A stretch of DNA of 64,000 nt from an uncultured Bacteroides sp. Its GTDB lineage: Bacteria; Bacteroidota; Bacteroidia; Bacteroidales; Bacteroidaceae. Position 1 is the first letter of the stretch, and the number at the start of each line of letters is the position of its first letter. Position numbers and translations under genes: made by a program. The stretch spans positions 722-64,721 of the forward strand of contig CALUOU010000003.1 in assembly GCA_944322335.1 (NCBI GenBank). The letters are read 5' to 3'. This document shows, piece after piece, positions 19,540-30,753 of this stretch. The notes under the pieces are model-generated. The model saw only the letters and a list, made by a program, of their open reading frames with translations, had not been told where the DNA came from and did no database searches.

Positions 19540-19714
19540 GGTTGGTTTTTGTTATTGAAGGGGAAAACATGTGTAGTGCATGTTTTCTCTTTTTGTATGA
19601 CGGGCTTGACTATTGTCAGACCGGTCAAAAAAGGGATCAGTCCGAAAAGTCGGTTGCAAGGTAGCTGGAAGAAGTAGGTTGATCATCGGGACAGAATCCT
19701 GTCCGGGCTTTTTT

Positions 19715-19763
19715 CAGCAGCATAGGTTACTTGCCAAAGTATTTTATAGGGGAATACTTTGCC
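19715..19763. repeat. Dispersed intergenic repeat, copy 1
   Basis: CAGCAGCATAGGTTACTTGCCAAAGTAT...ATACTTTGCC, matching 35001-35044. Confidence 0.7.
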
Positions 19764-19861
19764 GGTGAGGCTTGCCTTGTGTCTTTTCCTGATTTCAGGT
19801 TTCGGACCGCTCTCCTTCTATGTGATCGAAATATCGCTTCTTGTTGAGACATCGGGATATC

Positions 19862-21529
19862 TTATCCTTTGGCCTCCTGATACATGAAGCGCTTAATGCT
19901 TTTTTTGGCTGTTTTCTCAAACTCTTCGAAATGGATTTTCACTTTGGTGATCTGGCAGTATGCGGGCAACTGTTGGTTCAGTTCATTCCGGTTGTTCTCC
20001 ATAACCTTTTCGATATCGCTTTGTTGCAGGCCGTGTGTAAAGGCATCGTCAAAATCCGGATAAATCAGTGCGACCAGTTTGTCTTTCTGCAGCACGACCA
20101 GCGATTCGGACACGTAAGGCATGTTGTTCAGCTTACTTTCAATTTCTTCGGGATAAATGTTTTGCCCACTGGCTGTGAGTAACATGTTTTTGCTTCGTCC
20201 GCGCACAGTGACATAACCGTCCTTATCCATCGTTCCCAAGTCTCCCGTATGCAACCATCCGTTGGTGTCTATGATTTGCGCGGTCGCTTCAGGATTCTTA
20301 TAATATCCCAGCATAAGATTGGCTCCTCTGCATATGATTTCCCCTGCCACATGTTGCGGGTCTTGAGAGTCTATTTTCACTTCCATCCGTGTGGTGGCTT
20401 TTCCGCATGAAGCCAGTCTGAGGGTTTCCCATCGGCTGGAACAGATGATGGGGCCACATTCTGTCATGCCGTATGCGATGGTGTAGGGGAAATTGATGGA
20501 TTTGAGGAAACGTTCCACTTCAGCGTTGAAGGGTGCGCCTCCGATAATGATCTCATCAAAATTCCCTCCAAAGATTTCCATGGCTTTTTTGCGTGCGTCC
20601 GCTTTGATCCTGTCGTTGACGATGGGCATGTGGAGCAGCAGTTTGCCAATACGGTTGTCGATGCGGGGAAGAATGTCCTTTTTGATGATTTTCTCCACGA
20701 TGAGCGGCACACAGGAAATGACACGCGGCCTGATTTCCGAGAATGATTGCGCTATGATTTTGGGTGAAGGCATGCGCGTCAGAAAATAAAGGTGTGCGCC
20801 GGCCGAGAATCCGTATAGGAAGTCATACATCATGCCGAACACGTGTCCCATGGGTAGCATAGACACAATGTTGTCGCCTGGTTTGACGGGTAGCATCTCG
20901 TGACAGTAGGTTACGTTTGACCAGAGGCTGCGGTAAGGCAACATGACACCTTTTGAATATCCGGTGGTGCCCGATGTATAGTTGATGATGGCCAGCTCTT
21001 CTGGTGACGCTTCTTTGCGGTAACAGATATGCTCCGGACGGAAATTCTTGGGGTAGTGTGCTCCATAGATGGCGTTGCGGTGTTCAAAGGCATCCATCAG
21101 TTTGTCGCATCGGCATACCACAGGGGTGAAATCTGTCAGGAGGACAATGCCCAGCAGGTAGGGCATTAGTTCTTCGTTCAGGTTTTCCCAGGCCTGGTCA
21201 CCTACAAATAGGAGCTTAGCTTCCGAGTGGTTGACGATATTGTGGATGTTATCTGCTTTGAACTCATGCAGAATAGGGACAATGACCGCTCCGTAGGTCA
21301 GAGTGGCAAGAAAGGCAACAGCCCAATGTGCGCTGTTACGTCCACATACTGCTATTTTATCGCCAGGCTGGATGCCGGCACTTTCTAAGACAATGTGGAA
21401 CTTGGCTATTTTACGGGCTACATCTTTATATTGTAGGGTCGCTCCTTTATAGTCAGTCAGTGCATTCTTATCCCAATTATGGATAATGCTTTGCTCTATA
21501 TAGTCAATGAACCGTTGTTCTTGTTTCAT
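19862..21529 (-). CDS. Long-chain fatty acid-CoA ligase (AMP-binding)
   Basis: YTSGTTGYSKG, YGMTE and GWLHTGDLG motifs. Confidence 0.92.
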   Translation of the reverse strand: MKQEQRFIDYIEQSIIHNWDKNALTDYKGATLQYKDVARKIAKFHIVLESAGIQPGDKIAVCGRNSAHWAVAFLATLTYGAVIVPILHEFKADNIHNIVNHSEAKLLFVGDQAWENLNEELMPYLLGIVLLTDFTPVVCRCDKLMDAFEHRNAIYGAHYPKNFRPEHICYRKEASPEELAIINYTSGTTGYSKGVMLPYRSLWSNVTYCHEMLPVKPGDNIVSMLPMGHVFGMMYDFLYGFSAGAHLYFLTRMPSPKIIAQSFSEIRPRVISCVPLIVEKIIKKDILPRIDNRIGKLLLHMPIVNDRIKADARKKAMEIFGGNFDEIIIGGAPFNAEVERFLKSINFPYTIAYGMTECGPIICSSRWETLRLASCGKATTRMEVKIDSQDPQHVAGEIICRGANLMLGYYKNPEATAQIIDTNGWLHTGDLGTMDKDGYVTVRGRSKNMLLTASGQNIYPEEIESKLNNMPYVSESLVVLQKDKLVALIYPDFDDAFTHGLQQSDIEKVMENNRNELNQQLPAYCQITKVKIHFEEFEKTAKKSIKRFMYQEAKG

Positions 21530-21646
21530 TTGTAGGGTTGCACATTTGTGTTAAGATTGTGCAAATATAAGGCTTATACAGATGCGAACCAAGCGTTTTA
21601 TGTTTTTTTATTTAGTTACAAATAGAGATTTGAGAGATAGGGAAGC

Positions 21647-21680
21647 AAAAGAGGGTGTTCCAGGACGGCACACCCTCTTT
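21647..21680 (-). terminator. Intrinsic terminator after rho
   Basis: AAAGAGGGTGT...ACACCCTCTTT inverted repeat. Confidence 0.7.
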
Positions 21681-21716
21681 GATTTTAATATGATATAAGG
21701 TGGTAGATGGGGGAAA

Positions 21717-23669
21717 TCAGCTGTTCATACTCATCAGAAACTCATCGTTGTCTTTGGTCTTTTCCAAGTGGTCTTTCACAAAGTCCATGGCTTCCATTGG
21801 AGTCATGTCAGCCAGGTATTTGCGCAGGATCCACATACGGTCCAGTGTCTGTTTGTCTTGCAGCAGGTCATCGCGGCGGGTGCTGGAAGCGATGATGTTT
21901 ACAGCCGGGAAGACGCGTTTGTTGGACAGGTTGCGGTCGAGCTGCAGTTCCATATTGCCAGTACCTTTGAATTCCTCAAAGATTACTTCGTCCATTTTGG
22001 ATCCCGTATCGATAAGGGCTGTGGCAAGGATAGTCAGGGAACCACCGCCCTCGATGTTGCGTGCAGCACCGAAGAAGCGTTTAGGTTTGTGCAGCGCATT
22101 GGCGTCCACACCGCCCGAAAGCACTTTGCCTGATGCCGGAGAGACTGTATTATAAGCCCGTGCCAGACGGGTGATAGAGTCAAGGAAGATCACCACATCG
22201 TGTCCGCATTCAACCAGGCGTTTGGCTTTTTCCAGTACAATGCCTGCAATTTTCACGTGGCGTTCGGCCGGTTCGTCAAAGGTTGAGGCGATGACTTCAG
22301 CGTTGACGGTACGGGCCATGTCTGTAACCTCTTCCGGACGTTCATCGATCAGCAGCATGATCATGTAAACTTCCGGATGGTTGGCTGCGATGGCGTTGGC
22401 GATGTCTTTCATCAGTGTTGTCTTGCCCGTTTTGGGTTGTGCCACGATAAGGGCGCGCTGACCTTTGCCTATGGGGGTAAACAAGTCTACTACTCTTGCG
22501 GACAGTGAGTCAGAATACCCCCCTTTGCAGAGTTTGAATTTCTCATCGGGAAAGAGCGGAGTGAGGTGTTCGAATGAAACGCGATCCCGCACCAGTGAAG
22601 GGTCACGGCCATTGATTTTGGACACTTTGACCAATGGGAAATATTTTTCGCCTTCTTTGGGCGGTCTGATGACCCCTTCCACCACATCGCCTGTTTTTAA
22701 TCCGAACAGTTTGATTTGGGATTGTGAGACGTAGATGTCATCGGGCGAAGAGAGGTAGTTGTAATCCGAAGAACGAAGGAATCCATACCCGTCTTGCATG
22801 ATTTCCAGTACGCCCGTTCCCGAAAGGATGTCGTCAAAATCGTATGCCTTTTCGCGTTCAGCCGGTTTAGGCTGTGTGGCGGCAGTTTCCGCATTGTTTT
22901 GCTGAGGGCGTTGTTGGTTCTGACGTGGGGTGTTGTTGCGGTTGTTGTTATTCGCTTTGTTGTTATTATTGCGGTTACGCTGGTGTTGCTGTTGTGGCAG
23001 CTGAGGTTGCTGTTCTGGATTGAATAGCGGGAGTTCAGTTTTTGTCGCTTCAAATTTGCCGATGAGTTCTGAGGGGAGCTCCGTCTTTTCAGTAGGCAGG
23101 TCTTCGATAGGGATGAAGTCATCTCCGTCTTTGTCCGCCAGGAGAGCCTCTTCGTCCACGACCTCTTTTTTAGGAGATGGAAGCAGTGCTGTAGGTTTCT
23201 CTGGATCAGCTTGTGTCTCGAATGTCAGTTCGGGCTCTGCGGCAGCAGGGGAATTGGTTTTCTCGGCAATTGTTTCCTCTGTTTTCACTTTCCGTGGCCG
23301 TCCTCGGCGTTTGGGAGCTGTAGAAGCGGTTACTTGTTCTGCATCGGTTCGGGGATTGGTCGGTTGTGCTGTTTCTGTTTTCTGGTTCTGTTCTGGCTGC
23401 GTTGTATTTGGGTTGTCTTTGTTTGCCTCTTTTTTCTCTCCTTTTTTATTGGAGGCAGCGCGCGAACGTTTTTGTTTTTCTCCTTTACGTTCTTCTTTCA
23501 TTTTCTCGGCCGCTACTTTCTTAGTAGCTCCTGCAATGGCTTGTTCGTCAAGAATCTTATAGACAAGTTCTTCTTTCTTGAGTGAATCTGTCTTTGTTAT
23601 GCCCAGTTCTTGGGCGATGGCTTGCAGTTCTGACAAAGTTTTGTCATTTAGTTGAATGATGTTATACAT
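21717..23669 (-). CDS. rho: Transcription termination factor Rho with a long disordered insertion
   Basis: [33 protein letters not shown] and [13 protein letters not shown] motifs. Confidence 0.98.
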   Translation of the reverse strand: MYNIIQLNDKTLSELQAIAQELGITKTDSLKKEELVYKILDEQAIAGATKKVAAEKMKEERKGEKQKRSRAASNKKGEKKEANKDNPNTTQPEQNQKTETAQPTNPRTDAEQVTASTAPKRRGRPRKVKTEETIAEKTNSPAAAEPELTFETQADPEKPTALLPSPKKEVVDEEALLADKDGDDFIPIEDLPTEKTELPSELIGKFEATKTELPLFNPEQQPQLPQQQHQRNRNNNNKANNNNRNNTPRQNQQRPQQNNAETAATQPKPAEREKAYDFDDILSGTGVLEIMQDGYGFLRSSDYNYLSSPDDIYVSQSQIKLFGLKTGDVVEGVIRPPKEGEKYFPLVKVSKINGRDPSLVRDRVSFEHLTPLFPDEKFKLCKGGYSDSLSARVVDLFTPIGKGQRALIVAQPKTGKTTLMKDIANAIAANHPEVYMIMLLIDERPEEVTDMARTVNAEVIASTFDEPAERHVKIAGIVLEKAKRLVECGHDVVIFLDSITRLARAYNTVSPASGKVLSGGVDANALHKPKRFFGAARNIEGGGSLTILATALIDTGSKMDEVIFEEFKGTGNMELQLDRNLSNKRVFPAVNIIASSTRRDDLLQDKQTLDRMWILRKYLADMTPMEAMDFVKDHLEKTKDNDEFLMSMNS

Positions 23670-23990
23670 ATAAGTATATGTGTGAATAGTTGTTTAATGT
23701 TTATTTTCTCTTTGGTTGAAAAATGTATAAAAGATAAGGCCGCAGGCTTTTCAGATGCCTATAAAAGCAACCTTTTTTAGATATTCCTATGACTAAAATT
23801 GGGTAATAAGTTTGGTTGAATCGGGTGTTTTGATGCTGCTTTCACCATTCCAAAGCCGTGAATCGCATCTTTCAACGGTGCAAAGGTAATAATTTTTTTG
23901 ATTCTGATAAATAAATTCTCTTTTTTTTGAGCGGGAAGCTTTATCTTTGTTGCGTAAAGCTGCAAGGTTTAACCGTTAAAAAGGGATTTT

Positions 23991-24836
23991 ATGATGGATT
24001 TAAAAGACATTCGTTTGATTACTTTTTCTCCTACCCACACTTCCAGACAGGTAGGAGAGGCTATTGCCAGAGGGACGGCAATCAAACAGTTGTTTGTGAC
24101 AGATCTGACCGTTTCGGCAGGTGTGCCGTTGGTGGTAGGCAGGCAAACATTGACCCTAATTACTGTTCCTGTCTACGGCGGTCACGTAGCGCCTTTGGCT
24201 ATGAAGCGCTTGGAGGGCATCCGTTCTGAAGGAGGACCTGTTGTGCTGGTTGTGGTTTATGGGAACCGCGCTTTCGAGCAGGCTCTGACCGAGTTGCAGG
24301 CATTTGCCACAGGCTGTGGGTTCAAGGTGGTGGCTGGAGCTGCGTTTATTGGTGAGCATAGTTATAGCAGCTCCCGTTATCCCATTGCAGCCGGGCGGCC
24401 TGATGCTGCAGATTTGAAGGAAGCCGAGGATTTTGGGTGGAAAGTGGCAGACCGTATGTCGGAAACTGGCGAAGGGCGAGCCTTCCCAGTGATAAATCTG
24501 GAGCATATCCCCCAGCCACTCCAGTCTCCTTCTTCGATGGAGAAATTTGTGCAGGGTGTGATGGAAATGCGGAAGCGGCAGACCTCTGGTGGTAAGTCGG
24601 CTGTACCGATAGCGGACGAGTCACTTTGCACGCGTTGTGGTTATTGTGTGGAACATTGTCCAACGGCTGCTATTGTTAGAGGTGACGAATGCCACACGCT
24701 GTCCGACCGTTGCATACGTTGCTGTGCTTGTGTGAAAGGATGTCCTCAGCGGGCTCGCAGTTTTGAGACTCCGTTCGCTCCTTTGCTTTCAGCTTGTTTT
24801 GCTGAGCAGAAGCGCAATTGCATGATTATTGGATAG
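23991..24836 (+). CDS. Flavodoxin-fold plus 4Fe-4S ferredoxin protein (EFR1-like)
   Basis: FSPTHTS and VYGNRAF, then two CxxCxxCxxxCP motifs. Confidence 0.85.
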   Translation: MMDLKDIRLITFSPTHTSRQVGEAIARGTAIKQLFVTDLTVSAGVPLVVGRQTLTLITVPVYGGHVAPLAMKRLEGIRSEGGPVVLVVVYGNRAFEQALTELQAFATGCGFKVVAGAAFIGEHSYSSSRYPIAAGRPDAADLKEAEDFGWKVADRMSETGEGRAFPVINLEHIPQPLQSPSSMEKFVQGVMEMRKRQTSGGKSAVPIADESLCTRCGYCVEHCPTAAIVRGDECHTLSDRCIRCCACVKGCPQRARSFETPFAPLLSACFAEQKRNCMIIG

Positions 24837-24857
24837 TAACCGGGCTTTTGTCGTAGT

Positions 24858-26138
24858 TTAAGGAGTGTGACGGTCTGTTTTCACCACCAGAACCTTTCGG
24901 GTGTCTGTATCGATACGGAAGCGGTTGTCCGTCCTTTCGCCTATTAGCCAGATGATGTCTTCCCCGCAGCAGAGAACCCATTGCCGGCTTTTTTGCGCCA
25001 GGGAGAATTTGCGGTCAGTGAGATAGTCACTTACCTTTTTGCGTCCTCTCATGCCGAAGGGCACAAAACTGTCTCCTGTTTGCCATAAGCGTAAGGAGAG
25101 AGGCTTGGTCAGTTTGCTTGCATCAAAGCATGCTACGGTCTTGTCTCGAGGAATGACAAACTCTGGTGTGTATTCATGAGTCTCCATCGTCAGATGTGGG
25201 CGGACTGGAGCCGATGGCGTGTCGATCAGGAGATAGTCTCTGTCTTTGATGAGCCGGGCTTGTGCGGAGTGGAACACCTTTCCGGATTGGCCGGACAAAG
25301 CTTGGTAAATGTCGTGCGTTTGAGCGCTATTGAAGCCAAAAGCACGAAGCATTTCAAAGAGCAGGGCTTCAGGAGCGGTTTCGTGCAGCAGGGCAGGGAT
25401 AGAGATGCCATGTTCGTTCCATACTCGTTTTTTTCCTTCCTCGATACTTTGGTGATAGAGCAGGGAAGCGTCATTCAGGTGTTTGGCTGTTTGCAGGATG
25501 CTGTGTCCGGCCGATGGATTGATGGTTTGCAGCAGGGGCATAACATGGAGGCGGATTTTGTTGCGGGTGTATTCGTCCTGCAGGTTGGTGCTGTCGGTCA
25601 CAAATGTCTGTCCGGTGGCATCAAGATAATGGAGAATTTCTTTTCTGCTCAGGCATAGCAAGGGGCGTACGATGTAGCCGTTTCGGGGACGTATGCCACA
25701 CAGCCCATCAATGCCCGTTCCACGGATGAGGTTGAGCAGGAATGTCTCGATGCTGTCATCGGCATGGTGGGCCACGGCTATGCGGGAAGCCCCGTTGGCT
25801 TTCCTTAATTCTTCAAACCAGTCATAGCGCAGTTCGCGGGCTGCCATTTCTATGGAGATATGCCGTTGGCTGGCGATGTTTTGGGTATCGAAATGTTTCA
25901 CATGGAGGGACACCTGACTGGTCTGGCAAAGCGTCCGCACAAACTTTTCGTCTCTGTCCGACTCTTCCCCCCTGAGATGAAAATTGCAGTGGGCGGCTTC
26001 ACAACTATACCCTAAGGATAGGAGCAGGTGTAGCAAAGCCACAGAGTCAGCCCCGCCACTGAGAGCCACCAGCACTTTCCCGCTCTTTTCCAGCAGGTTT
26101 TCTTGGATGATGTATTGCCTGACTTTTTCTTTTTCCAT
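24858..26138 (-). CDS. tilS: tRNA(Ile)-lysidine synthetase
   Basis: [29 protein letters not shown] and YTRNKIR motifs. Confidence 0.96.
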   Translation of the reverse strand: MEKEKVRQYIIQENLLEKSGKVLVALSGGADSVALLHLLLSLGYSCEAAHCNFHLRGEESDRDEKFVRTLCQTSQVSLHVKHFDTQNIASQRHISIEMAARELRYDWFEELRKANGASRIAVAHHADDSIETFLLNLIRGTGIDGLCGIRPRNGYIVRPLLCLSRKEILHYLDATGQTFVTDSTNLQDEYTRNKIRLHVMPLLQTINPSAGHSILQTAKHLNDASLLYHQSIEEGKKRVWNEHGISIPALLHETAPEALLFEMLRAFGFNSAQTHDIYQALSGQSGKVFHSAQARLIKDRDYLLIDTPSAPVRPHLTMETHEYTPEFVIPRDKTVACFDASKLTKPLSLRLWQTGDSFVPFGMRGRKKVSDYLTDRKFSLAQKSRQWVLCCGEDIIWLIGERTDNRFRIDTDTRKVLVVKTDRHTP

Positions 26139-26263
26139 GCTGCAAAAATACGCAAAAAAACACAATTCTGTATTTTCTGGAAAAAATACTGGGGCCAAAT
26201 TTTCATGAGCCGCATATATTTCATAACTTTACAGTCTCAAATCGTTTAATAGATTTCACTGAT

Positions 26264-27202
26264 ATGGAAAATAGAAGTTTAGTTACCATCGCCAACCACA
26301 GCAAGGAGAAAATCCTCTATATGCTGGATATGGCGAAAGAGTTTGAAGCCCGTCCGAACAGGCACCTGTTGGACGGGAAAATCGTGGCCACCCTTTTCTT
26401 TGAGCCATCCACGCGCACCCGGCTTAGTTTTGAGACGGCAGCCAACCGTTTGGGAGCAAAGGTCATAGGCTTTACCGATCCTAAGGCCACCAGCTCTTCC
26501 AAAGGAGAGACTCTGAAAGACACCATTAAAATGGTGAGCAACTATGCCGACATCATTGTGATGCGTCACTACTTGGAGGGAGCCGCCCGCTATGCCAGCG
26601 AAGTGACAACCGTGCCGGTGGTCAATGCTGGCGACGGAGCGAACCAGCATCCTTCGCAAACGATGTTAGACCTTTATTCCATCTATAAGACGCAAGGGAC
26701 ATTGGAGAATCTGAACATCTTCCTGGTGGGAGATCTGAAGTACGGACGCACCGTACATTCCTTGCTGATGGCCATGCGTCATTTTAATCCGACTTTCCAC
26801 TTTGTGGCTCCCGATGAGCTGAAAATGCCCGAAGAGTATAAGCTTTATTGTCGCGACCATGGCATCCGCTATGAGGAATATACCGATTTTACGGAGGAGA
26901 CCATTGCCGCTGCGGACATTCTCTACATGACGCGGGTGCAACGTGAACGTTTTACGGATCTGATGGAATATGAGCGGGTGAAGAACGTGTATATTTTGCG
27001 CAACAAGATGCTGGAACACACCCGCCCGAATCTGCGCATTCTCCATCCTCTGCCTCGTGTGAATGAGATCGCTTACGATGTGGATGACAATCCCAAGGCT
27101 TATTATTTCCAGCAGGCACAAAACGGGCTGTATGCCAGGGAAGCCATTCTGTGTGATGTGTTGGGCATTACCTTGGACGAGGTAAGGAACGACAAAATCT
27201 GA
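26264..27202 (+). CDS. pyrB: Aspartate carbamoyltransferase, catalytic subunit
   Basis: [17 protein letters not shown] and HPLPR motifs. Confidence 0.98.
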   Translation: MENRSLVTIANHSKEKILYMLDMAKEFEARPNRHLLDGKIVATLFFEPSTRTRLSFETAANRLGAKVIGFTDPKATSSSKGETLKDTIKMVSNYADIIVMRHYLEGAARYASEVTTVPVVNAGDGANQHPSQTMLDLYSIYKTQGTLENLNIFLVGDLKYGRTVHSLLMAMRHFNPTFHFVAPDELKMPEEYKLYCRDHGIRYEEYTDFTEETIAAADILYMTRVQRERFTDLMEYERVKNVYILRNKMLEHTRPNLRILHPLPRVNEIAYDVDDNPKAYYFQQAQNGLYAREAILCDVLGITLDEVRNDKI

Positions 27203-27218
27203 AAAAAACAATCCAAAA

Positions 27219-27695
27219 ATGATTAAGGAAATGACGAACGAAAACAAACAAGAATTACAAGTGGCAGCCTTGGAAAATGGCACTGTCATTGACCACATAC
27301 CTTCCGAGAAGCTTTTTACGGTGGTAGCTTTACTCGGACTGGAACATATGCAAAACAACATTACGATAGGTTTCAACCTGAAGAGCAAGAAACTGGGGAC
27401 GAAGGGGATCATTAAGATTGCCGACAAGTTCTTTTGTGACGATGAGATCAATCGCATTGCCGTGGTGGCTCCCAATGTCAAGCTGAACATTATCCGGGAC
27501 TATGAAGTGGTGGAGAAGCGGGAACTGACCTTGCCCGATGAATTATGTGGCATAGTGAAGTGTTCCAATCCCAAGTGTATTACCAACAACGAACCCATGC
27601 CTACCCGTTTCCATGTGATCGACAAGGAAAATTGCGTTATCCGTTGCCACTATTGCGAGAAAGAGCAGACGCGGGAGAAGATCGAGATTCTTTAA
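27219..27695 (+). CDS. pyrI: Aspartate carbamoyltransferase, regulatory subunit
   Basis: NGTVIDHI, with CSNPKCI and CHYC zinc ligands. Confidence 0.97.
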   Translation: MIKEMTNENKQELQVAALENGTVIDHIPSEKLFTVVALLGLEHMQNNITIGFNLKSKKLGTKGIIKIADKFFCDDEINRIAVVAPNVKLNIIRDYEVVEKRELTLPDELCGIVKCSNPKCITNNEPMPTRFHVIDKENCVIRCHYCEKEQTREKIEIL

Positions 27696-27717
27696 AAACA
27701 CATATAGAGGACAAATC

Positions 27718-28287
27718 ATGAGCAAGGAAAACTGGAAACCCGGCACGTTGATCTATCCCCTTCCGGCAGTGATGGTGAGTTGCGGAAGTACGCCGGAAGA
27801 ATATAATATACTGACTGTGGCGTGGACAGGGACCATCTGCACCAATCCTCCTATGTGCTATGTTTCCATCCGTCCGGAGCGTCATTCGTATGACATCATC
27901 AAGCGTAACATGGAATTTGTTATCAACCTGACTACCGAGCGGCTGGCTCGCGCTACGGACTGGTGCGGCGTGCGTTCGGGCAGGGATTACAATAAATTCG
28001 AGGAAATGCGCCTTACGCCTGGCAAGTGTGCGGTGGTCCGTGCGCCTTTGATTGAGGAGTCGCCTCTCTGCATTGAGTGTAGGGTGAAGGAAATCGTTTC
28101 ATTGGGGTCACATGACATGTTCATTGCTGATGTGGTGAATGTGCGCGTCGACACCCAAAACTTGGATCCGGAAACCGGTCAGCTGAAGTTGGCGGAAACT
28201 TCCCTCCTGGCATATGTGCATGGTGGGTATTATAAGTTGGGGGAGAAAATCGGAAAATTCGGCTGGTCAGTTGAGAAGAAAAAATGA
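27718..28287 (+). CDS. Flavin reductase family protein
   Basis: YPLPAVMVS, SGRDYNKF and LGSHDMFIA motifs. Confidence 0.9.
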   Translation: MSKENWKPGTLIYPLPAVMVSCGSTPEEYNILTVAWTGTICTNPPMCYVSIRPERHSYDIIKRNMEFVINLTTERLARATDWCGVRSGRDYNKFEEMRLTPGKCAVVRAPLIEESPLCIECRVKEIVSLGSHDMFIADVVNVRVDTQNLDPETGQLKLAETSLLAYVHGGYYKLGEKIGKFGWSVEKKK

Positions 28288-28510
28288 AAAGGTTTAATTA
28301 GTAAGGAGTTAAAGGCCGATGCATTTTTGAGAAGCTGCTTATGTTTGACTGTAAAGAGGATTGTAGAGACTTGGAGAATGAACATTGATTGGGCTATTGG
28401 CAAAGCCTCTTGTTGTTGCCATATAAATAATGTGTAGTATCGCTATGTTTACTGTAACGATTGGTGCGACATTTAACTCTTTATGCATTTTTTGAGATAG
28501 AGAAGGAGAC

Positions 28511-29284
28511 ATGAAAGGGAAGGTCTTTTGGATGGCGGTCGGTGTGTGCGTGTTTCATGCTGTTACATTGTGGGGACAGGAGTTCTCCGCATCCGACGCT
28601 GTGGGGAAAAGTTCGTTTTTGGACAACAAGGAACGCATTGTCAATTTCGGATTGAAAGGCGGGTTCACTTCCGCGTTGTTTTTAGTTCCGGAACTGACGG
28701 TCAACGGGTTGGGCATAGAAGAAGTGCAGAACAATTATCGGATTGGTTATTTTGGTTCAATTTTCATGCGTATCAATTTCGGTCGGCACTTCCTTCAGCC
28801 TGAGATGTCTTATAATGTCAACAGGTGTGACATCACTTTCGACAAACCCTTGTCTGGTGACGAGTTGACCGACCCTTTCTCTCAAGAAGCGTCTATTTCT
28901 TCTGACATCCATAGTATCGACATTCCGGTGATTTATGGTTATAATTTCATTAAACAGGGGGCTTATAGTTTGGGAGTGTTTGGCGGGCCAAAGATACGTT
29001 ACATTTTGGCTAAGCAGAGCAAGGTGGATTTTCAGAATTTCGATGTGGAAGACATCCACGAGACTTTGCGTCCTTTTAATATCTGTGTCACCATGGGGGT
29101 CGCTGTGACCATTTCGCGTGTGTTTTTTGATTTCCGTTACGACATCGGACTGCACAACATGTCCAAGCGCATCACCTATCTTCCTTCCGCTGAAAACGAA
29201 GGTTCTCCTCAAGGGGATAAGGCTGGAATCAGTTTCAAGCGGCGCGACAACGTGTTGAGCTTTTCGTTGGGTGTATTTTTTTAA
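28511..29284 (+). CDS. Outer membrane beta-barrel (porin/PorT-like) protein
   Basis: Signal peptide, FGLKGG, LQPEMSY and a C-terminal Phe. Confidence 0.75.
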   Translation: MKGKVFWMAVGVCVFHAVTLWGQEFSASDAVGKSSFLDNKERIVNFGLKGGFTSALFLVPELTVNGLGIEEVQNNYRIGYFGSIFMRINFGRHFLQPEMSYNVNRCDITFDKPLSGDELTDPFSQEASISSDIHSIDIPVIYGYNFIKQGAYSLGVFGGPKIRYILAKQSKVDFQNFDVEDIHETLRPFNICVTMGVAVTISRVFFDFRYDIGLHNMSKRITYLPSAENEGSPQGDKAGISFKRRDNVLSFSLGVFF

Positions 29285-29379
29285 AAGGAAAAAACGACAA
29301 GTTTTGATGCTTATTCATTTTTTTACCGTAACTTTGCACACTTCAAAATAATATCAAACTTATAGAGTAACAAGCAAGA

Positions 29380-30660
29380 ATGAAAAGAGACGATTTAATT
29401 TTCGACATCATCGAGAAAGAACATCAACGTCAGTTGAAAGGCATCGAACTGATCGCATCAGAAAATTTTGTGAGCGATGAGGTTATGCAGGCCATGGGCT
29501 CTTGCCTGACCAACAAGTATGCTGAAGGGTACCCCGGAAAGCGTTACTATGGCGGTTGCGAAGTGGTGGATCAGAGCGAGCAGATTGCCATTGACCGCGT
29601 GAAAAAGATCTTCGGTGCCGAGTGGGCTAATGTTCAGCCGCATTCTGGAGCGCAGGCCAATGCCGCTGTGTTCTTGGCCGTTTTGAATCCGGGCGACAAG
29701 TTTATGGGATTGAATCTGGCACATGGCGGACATCTTTCGCATGGGTCGTTGGTCAACACTTCGGGCATCATCTATTCTCCTTGCGAATACAACTTGAACA
29801 AAGAGACCGGTCGTGTGGACTACGACCAGATGGAGGAAATCGCTTTGCGTGAGAAGCCCAAGATGATCATCGGCGGCGGTTCGGCTTATTCCCGCGAGTG
29901 GGACTACAAACGTATGCGCCAGATTGCCGATGAGGTAGGGGCTATCCTGATGATTGACATGGCTCATCCGGCTGGCTTGATTGCTGCAGGTCTTCTGGAC
30001 AATCCTGTGAAATATGCGCATATCGTGACCTCGACTACGCATAAGACTCTGCGCGGGCCTCGTGGAGGCATTATCCTGATGGGCAAAGACTTCCCCAATC
30101 CTTGGGGCAAGAAGACTCCGAAGGGCGAGATCAAGATGATGTCGCAGCTGCTGGATTCTGCCGTATTCCCCGGTATTCAAGGCGGTCCGTTGGAACATGT
30201 CATTGCTGCCAAAGCGGTGGCGTTCGGTGAGATCCTGCAACCGGAGTGGAAAGAATATGCCATGCAAGTGAAGAAAAACGCGGCAGCACTGGCACAGGCT
30301 TTGATGGATCGCGGTTTCACCATTGTCAGCGGCGGTACGGACAACCACTCTATGTTAGTGGATTTGCGTTCCAAATATCCTGACCTGACGGGTAAAGTGG
30401 CAGAGAAGGCTTTGGTTTCCGCTGATATTACGGTCAACAAGAACATGGTTCCGTTTGACACGCGTTCCGCATTCCAGACTTCGGGCATTCGCCTGGGTAC
30501 ACCGGCCATCACCACACGTGGAGCCAAGGAAGATCTGATGCTGGACATTGCTGAAATGATTGAGACCGTTTTGTCGAACGTAGAAAATGAGCAAGTGATT
30601 GCCGACGTGCGCGCACGGGTCAATGCAATGATGAAGAGCTATCCTTTGTTTGCTTATTGA
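29380..30660 (+). CDS. glyA: Serine hydroxymethyltransferase
   Basis: [22 protein letters not shown] and [14 protein letters not shown] motifs. Confidence 0.98.
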   Translation: MKRDDLIFDIIEKEHQRQLKGIELIASENFVSDEVMQAMGSCLTNKYAEGYPGKRYYGGCEVVDQSEQIAIDRVKKIFGAEWANVQPHSGAQANAAVFLAVLNPGDKFMGLNLAHGGHLSHGSLVNTSGIIYSPCEYNLNKETGRVDYDQMEEIALREKPKMIIGGGSAYSREWDYKRMRQIADEVGAILMIDMAHPAGLIAAGLLDNPVKYAHIVTSTTHKTLRGPRGGIILMGKDFPNPWGKKTPKGEIKMMSQLLDSAVFPGIQGGPLEHVIAAKAVAFGEILQPEWKEYAMQVKKNAAALAQALMDRGFTIVSGGTDNHSMLVDLRSKYPDLTGKVAEKALVSADITVNKNMVPFDTRSAFQTSGIRLGTPAITTRGAKEDLMLDIAEMIETVLSNVENEQVIADVRARVNAMMKSYPLFAY

Positions 30661-30690
30661 TCGCAAGACGGACAAAAGAGGATGAGATAA

Positions 30691-30731
30691 AAAAGAGAGG
30701 AGAACGTGGGGGAATGTTCTCCTCTCTCTTT
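30691..30731. terminator. Bidirectional terminator between glyA and uxaB
   Basis: AAAGAGAGGAGAAC...GTTCTCCTCTCT inverted repeat with A/T tracts on both sides. Confidence 0.8.
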
Positions 30732-30753
30732 GTTTGCAGGGGGAAGTTTAGTA

